Assembly: GCF_000143415.4 (NCBI RefSeq)
Contig: NW_003314513.1
Location: 1-19,012, forward strand
Source: Selaginella moellendorffii
Lineage: Eukaryota; Plantae; Lycopodiophyta
Direction of reading: 5' to 3'
Length of the DNA stretch: 19,012 nt
Part shown: piece by piece, positions 11,401 through 19,012 of the stretch
How the letters are laid out: each line of letters opens with the position of its first letter
Position numbering within the stretch: position 1 is the stretch's first letter
Program-made: the position numbers and the translations under genes
Notes under the pieces: generated by a model
Databases searched by the model: none
Seen by the model: only the letters and a program-made list of their open reading frames with translations
Told to the model about the DNA's origin: nothing

Positions 11401-12984
11401 TCTCAGAGTCGTGCACAAGTCCTCGTATGTCACAATATGGCCGGGAGTCATTTTGGTCTTGTTGAAGACTACCTCACCACGTAGAAGAGCATTAGCCACT
11501 GTCAGAAGGTCGTCGTCGTCTAGAGACAGCGAGAAACGCAAGGCGTTGAGCTTCAAATCATTGGGCTTCCGGCCGTCCTCCACACCCATTGAGTTTAGCA
11601 ACTCCCCGTCATGGTACCTCCTCAGCACATCTACCCATTTGTCAAAAACAACTTTTGTCGCGAGTAGAATGTTATGGATGCTGAGTGTGTCATTGACCCC
11701 CAGTGTTTTCGAGAGAAGACTCGAGAATTCCTGCAATGGAAATGGCGTGAGGCCACATGCTATGCCACATGCAACGAGGCTTACCTGCCAGGCGCTAGTT
11801 GCTAGTGCACGTCCTTGTCCTGGTTTTTGTGGCTTCTTCAGTTGAACCCAGAGCTTCCGTGTTCGTGCCAATGTCTTGTGCAGACCCGATTTGTAGCACG
11901 TTTCTTGCTTGACATTCTGCGCGTGGGAGATGTATATGATAGATCGGAGGGGCGAGTTGCCTTTTATCAGGCGGACAACTCTTGTCTTGAAGACTTTCTT
12001 CACCTCCTCGCCCACCATAATATCCACAACTATCTGTTGCATCGCCAAGCTAGAATGCTGCCCGGAGACGGCATAGAACCGGATGTTCTGATCGTCCAAC
12101 ACCTTCCTATTGATCAAGTCTGGAAACCTTGTCTCGCCCTTCATTGTTCGGTAGTAGGGGATCACGTCTGCGATGTCGGGTGTTACTGGACTTGCCAGCA
12201 TCTTCTGCTTCAGTTTCTCCACCCACTCATCAGATACTAGCCTGTGGTTGTATTTGCTTTGGATCTCGATACGGCTCACGTCGATTGTATATACTTTGTT
12301 GGAATAGTAATAAGTACTATTATCTGTGACGATTTTTGCTGCCTCTTCTTGCTCTTTCTGCTCTTTGCGGCTCTTCTTTTTGGTGGGTGTAATGTTCGAA
12401 CCCGAGGCAATGGCATCACCGAGTAGCTTCTTTTTTGGAGCAGCAGAGTCGGACGTCGGCTTGAGCTTGACCACCCTTTTCTGCTTCGGGGTAGTTTCCA
12501 GATCGACCCCCTTCCCCTTCGCTTCGCAAACTGGAGGCACTCTCAACGGCTCAATGTTGGAATATAGTTTTTGAACATCGCCGTAGGTGAGGTCCGTGGA
12601 TTCCATGTGATCTTCATAGACCCGCAGCGTCTTTGAAATTGTGGGCCTCCTGGACAACCTCTCCCTAGCTCCCTCTAGGAATTCCTCATAGCCGCTGCCC
12701 CCCTCCGGGAAGCCACTAGGATGTGCAAGGTGGATCTTGAAGGCGGACGTTGTCTCTACCACAAGTGCCAGTCCATATTCTTGCATGGAACTGCATGGAG
12801 TGTCTGTCACTTGGATGAGGATCCCCATGCATTCTTTTCTCCCACCATCTGTGTTGTACAGCATCAGATCCTCGCCTTCCATCCCGAAAGTCCAACTGGT
12901 GAGCTCCTCCCCCTTCTCTGCATCCACATTGACAGTGGCTGGAAGAAGAACGCAATTCCTTGCTTGTTCAGAAATGCACAACAA
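7603..12984 (-). CDS. Multi-exon transposon accessory gene (~1,600 aa): ParB/Srx-like + degenerate N6/N4-MTase-like + basic/acidic linker + FCP1/NIF-like; one in-frame stop in the last exon
   Basis: Hand-spliced exons on the - strand: (12882 ATG or upstream)-11785, 11730-10422, 10371-10297, 10240-10172, 10122-9979, 9931-9365, 9307-9293, 9243-9136, 9088-8513, 8465-7603. All nine introns are GT-AG and 47-57 bp, and splicing keeps the frame, joining six separate ORF-track entries. The 5' end is uncertain. There is a TGA at 8289-8287. Confidence 0.7.
10422..12984 (-). CDS. Large exons encoding a ParB/Srx-like domain (~11900-12300) and an N6/N4 DNA-methyltransferase-like remnant (~10460-11120)
   Basis: 859-aa ORF that includes an in-frame 54-bp intron (11731-11784). 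ParB-like: IDVSRIEI...NHRLVSDEWVEKLKQKM...FYAVSGQHSSLAM. MTase-like: KKAPGAAWEMLSWVFNAIAGDSKGKCVVEYNCGGLFFRAALLKGVPCVAV, resembling KP..L..LI...S..GD.VLDPF.GSG.T..AA...GR..IG. Domain calls are by eye. Confidence 0.65.
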
Positions 12985-13414
12985 TTAGAGCTGACAGATG
13001 AAAAGCTAGCAGCTGGAAATAACGTGAGGCCACACGCCATTCACCACTGCATCAGATGTCTTGAGGCTGCATCCTAAGATGGCGTGAGGCTACACGCCAT
13101 CTGTAACCGGACTGCACTCGAGAGCCCAATCGGTGCATGCCAATGTTGCTACTGAATGGCATGTGGCCTCATGCCATTTTCTACTTCGTCTAAAAGACTT
13201 ACCATTTGAAGCCGAATGGAGGCCGTGACAATCGAGGCCGGACTCGCTGGCGAATGTGCACTGTGTGTGCAGCGGATCATAGCAGCAAGGCTACTCTGCC
13301 ACTTACAGTTGGAGAGTGGTGCTGAAATCTCCCGGGACGCCAAGTGGGCTGCGTGTGGGTGGCGGAGTGGGCGGCGGAGTTGGCGGCGAAGTTACAAACT
13401 GGGTGTGTCTTGAA

Positions 13415-13590
13415 GTGGACGCCGATGCACACGAGCGCGATGCGAGCGCGAGTGTGATGCAAGCGCGAGTGGACGCCGATGCACACGAGAAACCTGTAGA
13501 GAAGTGAGCGTGATCGCGAGTGGGAGCGCGATGCGAGCGGGAGCGCGAGTGTGATGCGAGCACGAGCGCAAGTGTGTGAGCGCGAGTACA
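13415..13590. repeat. GCGAG/CGCGA-rich low-complexity repeat upstream of the - strand gene
   Basis: gtggacgccgatgcacacgag occurs twice (~13415 and ~13469), among many gcgag(c/t) units. Confidence 0.8.
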
Positions 13591-13618
13591 AAGCAAAATG
13601 CAAAACCTAACCTCACAC

Positions 13619-13785
13619 GCGCGAAATGTCACAACGGTTGGTAATCCCGCCACGTCATCATTCCTCGGACTTGGGCGCCACCATTAATTTCTGGATTGCC
13701 GCGCACATGCAAGCACGCAAAATCCAAAAGAAATCCGCAACGTCATCATTCCTCGGACTGCATGCATGCGAAATCCAAAAGAAAG
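13619..13785. promoter_or_regulatory. Putative promoter region of the - strand gene with duplicated ACGTCA elements and E2F-like sites
   Basis: 20-bp direct repeat acgtcatcattcctcggact at 13652 and 13740; GCGCGAAA (TTTCGCGC on -) at 13619-13626; ATTGCCGC near 13695; CAACGG at 13632. These are motif matches only. Confidence 0.3.
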
Positions 13786-13904
13786 ATCATGATTGGGATA
13801 TCATTTAATACCCTCGCTATATTTATACCATGCATGATTGGATATTCCAAAGCATCTTGTATTTCCAAAAATGGCAGATGTTCAGCTAAATAAAGAAATT
13901 CTAT

Positions 13905-15300
13905 CTGTTTCTATTTTTCTCTCAAATCAATATTATAGCGTGTGGGCTCATGCAATTTTGAACCAAAGAAACCCAAAAAACGTTGGACCCAAAATATTTT
14001 GAAAAAACCCAAAAAACCCTAAACATTTTAAACCCAAAAATCCAGGCGTCCTGTGGCATTATTCCTTGAATGGCGTGTGGGCGCATGCCATTTTCAGGGC
14101 CAAATGCTGAATAGAGAAAAATTCCCTTTTAGTGCAAATGCTGCAAGAGGCAGATGCCGAGCACAAAGGACTGTAATTACCTCACATGACACAGATAAAC
14201 TTTTCTCTATTTGGCAAAGATAAACTTTATAGCGTGTGGGCTCATGCAATTTTGAACCCAAAAAATGCACCAAAAAATTCTCGGCGTCATCTGGCGTTAT
14301 CTCTTGAATGGCGTGGGGCCGCATGCCATTTTCAGGGGCACATAGGAGTATATTCCTAGGATATTCTGACACGCGCGAGATTTTTTTGAGTTTTCTGGAG
14401 ATCCAACCGTTAGATCGCAACTAAATTTTACAGAATGGTATACAATGTCTTTCTTGATGACCCTGCAAAGAAGCATCTCGATCGGACACCACATGAGACC
14501 ACACGAGCCTTACAATGTTTCAGGGGCATTTGCCATAGATCCGACCGTTATTTTGCTCCAAGATTTTACAGTTTGGTGTGCATTGACCTTTCCATCGAAA
14601 CTGCAAAGGGACATCACAATCAGATGCGGGATCACAAGAAACTACCTTCACTAACTCTGGTTTCACCAAGATCTACGTAAGGAGTTATGAAATGAAAGGA
14701 CCCTCTCTATTGAAATGTGTTTATGGTCCTAGGGGCATTGTGACATATCAAAGGATTTTGCATCAAGTTCTGTATTTGCATGTTTATCAAGCTACTGAAT
14801 TGCTAAACCCTAAACCCTAAACCCTAAACATGTGGCAAATGCTGCGTGAAGAAAGATGCCCTTTCTGGGCAAATGCTGTAAAAGGCAGATGCCGAGCAGA
14901 TGTATCTCAGGCTAGCGAAGGGGACAAACGAAAGCTAGCTATAAACATGACGGGATGCAAATAGATTACTAGGCTGGTCCTACGAAAATCAAAAACCATA
15001 ATTGAAAACATTGAAAATGCAAAAAGAAAGGTTTATAATATTTTTGAATTTTAAGCAACCAAAGGAATGTAAGTAGGGCATGTGTTTGTAAGTTTAAAAA
15101 TGCCTCAACCACTTAAATTCCCAAGTAAATAAAGCTGTTTCTATTTTTGGTACAGGTAAACTTTATAGCGTGTGGGCTCATGCAATTTTGAACCCAAAAA
15201 TGCACCAAAAAATGCTCGACTAGCATTATTCTTTGAATGGCGTGTGGCCTTATGTCGAGCATTATTCTTTGAATGGCGTGTGGCCTTATATTGCCATAAA
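13905..15300 (+). repeat. Three direct copies of a ~130-190 bp intergenic module, each carrying a pair of palindromes
   Basis: ctattt...ttatagcgtgtgggctcatgcaattttgaacc(c)aaa...tgaatggcgtg at ~13908-14100, ~14203-14340 and ~15137-15260. There is also a 36-bp tandem duplication at ~15222-15290, and gcaaatgctg...aggcagatgccgagca at ~14134 and ~14869. Confidence 0.85.
14803..14829. repeat. Short interstitial plant telomere repeat / telo-box (CCCTAAA)n
   Basis: ctaaaccctaaaccctaaaccctaaac; a single aaaccctaaa also occurs near 14015. Confidence 0.9.
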
Positions 15301-15723
15301 TGGACGTACACACACAGCATAATTATTCCTTTACACGGCGAATAATCTTGGCGCGGATCGCTGACATGGCATGGCAAAGTTCGAATCACTGACATGGCAC
15401 AGCTGGATCGAGGCAAGGACATGATGTGACAAAGTTCAACCTCCGACAACAAAGTCTAGAAGCTACTCAGTTTGAAATTTGTCAGAGGAATCATAAGATC
15501 TGGTTTGTCAGAGGATTTGATGTGACGTTCAAGCGTGTGTTATTTTTGAATTCTCGAACTCATTCCTAGGTCTATCATTTTTGTGCGCCGTGTTCTTGGT
15601 TCCACTGAGCGCAGTGAGCGCTGCTTGTGTAAGCGGCGTTGTGGGCTGTGGTTTATGCGTCTACGAGCGGTTGCGGCATTGCGAGTGCCATTGCGAGCGG
15701 CAGTTTATGCGAGTGGCAGTTTG

Positions 15724-15793
15724 TGCGAGCGGCGCTACGAGCAGTTGCGGTGTTGCGAGCGGCGCTACGAGTAGTTGCGGTGTTGCGAGCGGC
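15724..15793 (+). repeat. 30-bp tandem repeat (~2.3 copies) in a GCGAG-rich tract upstream of the transposase
   Basis: tgcgagcggcgctacgagYagttgcggtgt x2 followed by tgcgagcggc; related units from ~15660. Confidence 0.85.
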
Positions 15794-16159
15794 ACTGTCT
15801 TTGGTGTGGCTACCGCTTCCTCTTGATATTCGGCACTTGTGCTTCCTGGTATGTTCACCATGGAATGGCTTAGGACCACATTTAGAAATGGCATGAGGCC
15901 ACATGCCATCTTGGGCCCTTGCAATTTCATGGCTAGCGTATTGTCATGTATGTTTTTACTTGCCTGCAGCTGTGTGTATATCAAGATGGCATGAGGCCTC
16001 ATGCCAATTTTGTGAATGCGAAATTTCACGTGGGTGTCAATAGCATGTTTGAATAATGGCATGTGGCCTCATGTTATTGAGGTTGTTTGGTATGTTATGA
16101 TTTAGGCCATTCTCCAATCATTTTTTGTATGGTCTTAACTTCTTTTCTGCACTTTCAGA

Positions 16160-19012
16160 ATGGCCTTCAGGGTTGGGGAAAAGGTTTACATTTTGAATGG
16201 TGGGAAGAGAGTTGCAAAAGGGACCCTTGTGTCTATGGATCGGAACTTTGTTATACACTGTCAAAAGCTTGGGGAAGGCAATGCTGCTGTATCAGTAGAG
16301 ACTGTCTTCGATGGGAATGTGGTCGCTATTGAACGAGGAGAGATGGTCGTCGGGGTAAATGTTGTTGTTGCCTTGAAAAATCTTCAGAAGAAAGCAGATG
16401 TTGGGGACAGCGCAAGTGCGACGCATGTTCCCTCCGTGGATCTTAAGAACCGTGCTACATGGATTCAGGCAAAGGTGTTTCTAAACAACCCCGAGGGGGA
16501 GGTGGTAGCTGAGGGCTTAGCCACAGTTGTCGATCCAAGAGATGCGGTTACTAATCAAGAATTGGGCTGGGATGATATTGGAGTTGTGATTTTAGAGGTT
16601 GTTGACACAGAAGAAAACAGTCTGACTATTGGAAGCATTGTGCGGTGGAAATTGAGGCACTTAGTGTTTGAGAATGTGAAGGATTCACAATCAAACACCA
16701 CTACAACTGATGACAGAACATCTCTTCATGGGAAAAGAAAGTACACCTTCCTAAAGCGCAGCCAAAGGGATCTGAGCAACGAACCGAAAAGGCAGAAAAT
16801 GGCGATGGAGGTTCGAATGGTCTCGACAGTTGCTTGTTGCAAGAGGAGGTGCTGTCAACATGCTAATTGGGATGCTATTGAAGAGGAGAGAGCAAGATAC
16901 AAGACATTGTCCTGGAAGGCAGCTCGCAATTTTGTGTATGAGGCATTACGGTCATCTGTTGATGCTTCAGAACATCAAGTGGGGGGCATGGTCTTCCAAA
17001 GGGGTTTGGTCTGCATGAAGGTATGGAGAATCATTTATGGAGTCCCTCGAACCACATTCTACAGAATCAAAACTGAGTTCGAGGAACAAAGGGTTCAACA
17101 GGCAGTCCATGGGAACGACGGTACGCACAAAACCAGGGGTCATGTTGTATATGGAGAGGCAATCTTCAAGAGGTTTGTCGAGACATGTAGCGAGCAGCAA
17201 CCACATAAAACCCGCCTCTTGGAAGATGGAACACGAGACACCCAACGAGTTCTCCCTTCCATGTATACCAAGGGGGCCATATTGGAAGATGTGAATCGGG
17301 AACTCCAGAGTAATGGCTACAGGAAGCTGAGCCAATCTAGATTTAGTAGATTGTGGAGCAACAGGTTCAGGGATGTGAGTATAGGAAAGTACTCCAGCTT
17401 TTCAAAGTGTGATGAGTGCACTGCTATCAAAATGGCTTTGTCGAAGAATTCTTGCAACGCTCAAGAGCGAGAGACGTTGGTTAGAAGGCGGCTCGATCAC
17501 AACATCGAGCAGAGAAGCTGCAGGACTGCATATTATCATAACAGGATTCTCTCCATGGAGAGACCTGACTCTTACCTCTGCATCATCCACGACAAAATGG
17601 ACCAGAAAAAGACGTGCTTACCTCGACTCAATCCTGCCCCCAAGGCAATCTCTTCATCCATGCAGCTGCCTGTGTCTCTGTTTGGCATAATCGCTCATGG
17701 GCATGGTGCCCAGAACTATGGGAACTTCTTTGTACCTCTATGGGGTGGCGGGGGTGCAAACATGATGATTGCGTCCCTAGCAAAACACTTAAGGTCTCTG
17801 CAAAGTGCGCAGACTGAGCTGAACGGCCAACCCTTGCATAAGGCCCTTGTCGATCGAACCCCATACAGGGTTCAGCTGGAGGAGGAGCAAAGGCTTGCAG
17901 TATCGCGTGGGGCCCCATGCCATCCCAGTGAATATGTTGGCCGTCAGATTGTAGGGTTATCACGTGAGGCCTCATGCCATTCCGACGAGGCTGGTCGCCC
18001 GGTGAATGCACAGCCTCATCCAAACGAAGCAGAATCTCAAGGAAGTTCTTGCGGCCGATGTGGCCTTCCACCCCATCTTCTGCTCCAAACAGACAATGCT
18101 GGCAGTGAGAACAAAAACATGTACGTCTTCGCGTACTTGGCGATGCTTGTTGCCAAAGGCATATTTGAAACGGTTACACTTGGCTTTCTCATGGTTGGGC
18201 ACACTCATGAAGACGTCGATGCCATGTTCAGTCACCTGGTAGAGTCCCTCCGGCGATCCAATGTCCTCACCCTCCCACAACTCTACGATGAATTCCAAAA
18301 TTGCATCAAAGGCACTGTTGAAGCTGCACTTCTGACAGAGGTTCCAGACTTTAAGGGGTTTGTAAGAGGCTACATCAGGGACGGATCCGAAACGCTGATT
18401 GGCCACTCCAAGCCTCTTCAGTTTCATTTCAGCATGTGTGACGGTGCTCCAGTGATGAGGTACAAGATGAGAGAATGGGACACAGTGTGGCTGCCAGTGG
18501 ACGGCATTGAACTCTTCAAGAGAGATCCCATAACTGGGGAACCTATGATTCCTGAGGGTTCCCCACGGCCGATGCACCCGGATGGACTCAAAGACCAGGA
18601 AAGTATAGTGGCCGGGATTAGACAGCATATTGCCTTCTGGAAGAGGGGGTTGGTGTTTGGTGGAGAATCCTATTTTCAGAGGTGCAAGCCTTTGCTCGAA
18701 TACTGGGAGAAGATTATATCTGCTATCCAAAATGGGCCGGTTGTATATGAAGAATTGGAAGAGTCCTTTTGGCCAGAACCCAGAGCACCAGATAGTAGCG
18801 GAACAATGTCCTCTGGAAATGCAGTGACAGATAACGATGTTGAGGATCACTATTGTGGGCCGAGGAACAAGAAGCCGGATTCAGCATTCAATCCAGTACA
18901 GGTCTGCAAAGGAATGGTCATGCTTGTCAGACCCAGTAATAAAAAACAAATGATATGGGTGGGGCGCTGCATCACTGATGCAGAGGAGGACGCGGAAACT
19001 AACTCCTTCAAT
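16160..19012 (+). CDS. Sola-like DDD transposase (DUF7869-type core), 3'-truncated by the window end
   Basis: ATG at 16160 follows a tttcag acceptor, and the frame is open for 951 codons to the window end. Motifs: CCKRRCC; VCMKVWRIIYGVPRTTFYRI; HGN; FSKCDEC (~17400); IIHDKMDQ (D at 17591); LLLQTDNAGSENKN (D at 18092); FLMVGHTHEDVDAMFS (D at 18218). Confidence 0.88.
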   Translation, partial: MAFRVGEKVYILNGGKRVAKGTLVSMDRNFVIHCQKLGEGNAAVSVETVFDGNVVAIERGEMVVGVNVVVALKNLQKKADVGDSASATHVPSVDLKNRATWIQAKVFLNNPEGEVVAEGLATVVDPRDAVTNQELGWDDIGVVILEVVDTEENSLTIGSIVRWKLRHLVFENVKDSQSNTTTTDDRTSLHGKRKYTFLKRSQRDLSNEPKRQKMAMEVRMVSTVACCKRRCCQHANWDAIEEERARYKTLSWKAARNFVYEALRSSVDASEHQVGGMVFQRGLVCMKVWRIIYGVPRTTFYRIKTEFEEQRVQQAVHGNDGTHKTRGHVVYGEAIFKRFVETCSEQQPHKTRLLEDGTRDTQRVLPSMYTKGAILEDVNRELQSNGYRKLSQSRFSRLWSNRFRDVSIGKYSSFSKCDECTAIKMALSKNSCNAQERETLVRRRLDHNIEQRSCRTAYYHNRILSMERPDSYLCIIHDKMDQKKTCLPRLNPAPKAISSSMQLPVSLFGIIAHGHGAQNYGNFFVPLWGGGGANMMIASLAKHLRSLQSAQTELNGQPLHKALVDRTPYRVQLEEEQRLAVSRGAPCHPSEYVGRQIVGLSREASCHSDEAGRPVNAQPHPNEAESQGSSCGRCGLPPHLLLQTDNAGSENKNMYVFAYLAMLVAKGIFETVTLGFLMVGHTHEDVDAMFSHLVESLRRSNVLTLPQLYDEFQNCIKGTVEAALLTEVPDFKGFVRGYIRDGSETLIGHSKPLQFHFSMCDGAPVMRYKMREWDTVWLPVDGIELFKRDPITGEPMIPEGSPRPMHPDGLKDQESIVAGIRQHIAFWKRGLVFGGESYFQRCKPLLEYWEKIISAIQNGPVVYEELEESFWPEPRAPDSSGTMSSGNAVTDNDVEDHYCGPRNKKPDSAFNPVQVCKGMVMLVRPSNKKQMIWVGRCITDAEEDAETNSFN

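Larger units (their letters stand above)
7547..17980. repeat. Dispersed 22-bp palindrome family ATGGCRTG-(WGGCCW)-CAYGCCAT, >=21 copies
   Basis: Copies start at 7547, 8624, 8699 (perfect palindrome), 9941, 10132, 10270, 11742, 13019, 13079, 13156, 13935, 14070, 14229, 14308, 15165, 15237, 15273, 15888, 15986, 16056, 17902 and 17959. More degenerate ones lie near 7268, 14488 and 15865. Confidence 0.95.
7268..19012. mobile_element. Large Sola-like (DDD) DNA transposon with divergent accessory gene; left terminus not located, right end outside the window
   Basis: Transposase ORF from 16160; a single 22-bp palindrome family spanning ~7268-17980 and not seen to the left; shift from AT-rich, CpG-poor DNA to GC/CpG-richer DNA. 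No TIR or TSD can be verified with only one end possibly present. Confidence 0.7.

Noticed and set aside
9932-11784. Palindrome-containing introns as Introner-type mobile introns
   Set aside because: The introns share little beyond the 22-bp motif and splice signals, five of nine lack it, and most copies are not in coding-region introns.
10451-13077. + strand ORFs opposite the 859-aa ORF
   Set aside because: Antisense shadows of a GC-rich coding region.
14803-14829. True telomere or chromosome end
   Set aside because: Only about 3.5 units, internal to the element.
13149-16062. Many short ORFs containing MRPHA / MACGL peptides
   Set aside because: They are translation artefacts of the palindrome, which supplies ATGs on both strands, and of GCGAG repeats.
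7547-17980. Palindromic repeats as a CRISPR array or bacterial REP elements
   Set aside because: Spacing is irregular (36 bp to >1.8 kb), the copies lie within spliceosomal introns, there are no cas genes, and the context is eukaryotic.
16830-18850. ORF-track entries overlapping the transposase (e.g. 17972..18850 -, 17628..18071 -, 16967..17335 -)
   Set aside because: They are shadow frames of the long + strand ORF and have no recognisable motifs.

Overview
Eukaryotic (land-plant) genomic DNA, not prokaryotic. It has TTTAGGG-type repeats, a decayed PLS-class PPR gene and very short GT-AG introns (47-57 bp), which fits a compact plant genome such as a lycophyte; that assignment is inference only. 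Bases 1-7200 are mostly AT-rich decayed repeats, plus a His/Ala/Pro-rich membrane-anchored ORF and the PPR pseudogene. From about 7270 to beyond the window end there is a GC/CpG-richer, >11.7 kb putative DNA transposon with two divergent genes. (i) An uninterrupted + strand ORF (16160 to >19012, >=951 codons, absent from the ORF track because it has no stop) encodes a Sola-like DDD transposase with two N-terminal En/Spm-TNP1-like repeats. (ii) A - strand gene of at least 10 coding exons (~1,600 aa, reconstructed by hand) joins a ParB/Srx-like domain, a degenerate N6/N4 DNA-methyltransferase-like domain, basic/acidic linkers and a degenerate FCP1/NIF HAD-phosphatase-like domain. The element carries >=21 copies of a 22-bp palindrome, ATGGCRTG-(WGGCCW)-CAYGCCAT, in introns, intergenic DNA and unstructured linkers, and I saw none in 1-7260. 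Together these suggest a transposon-encoded DNA-binding protein with its own cis-site array (ParB/parS-like or VANC-like anti-silencing). All domain calls are by eye and need profile or structure searches.
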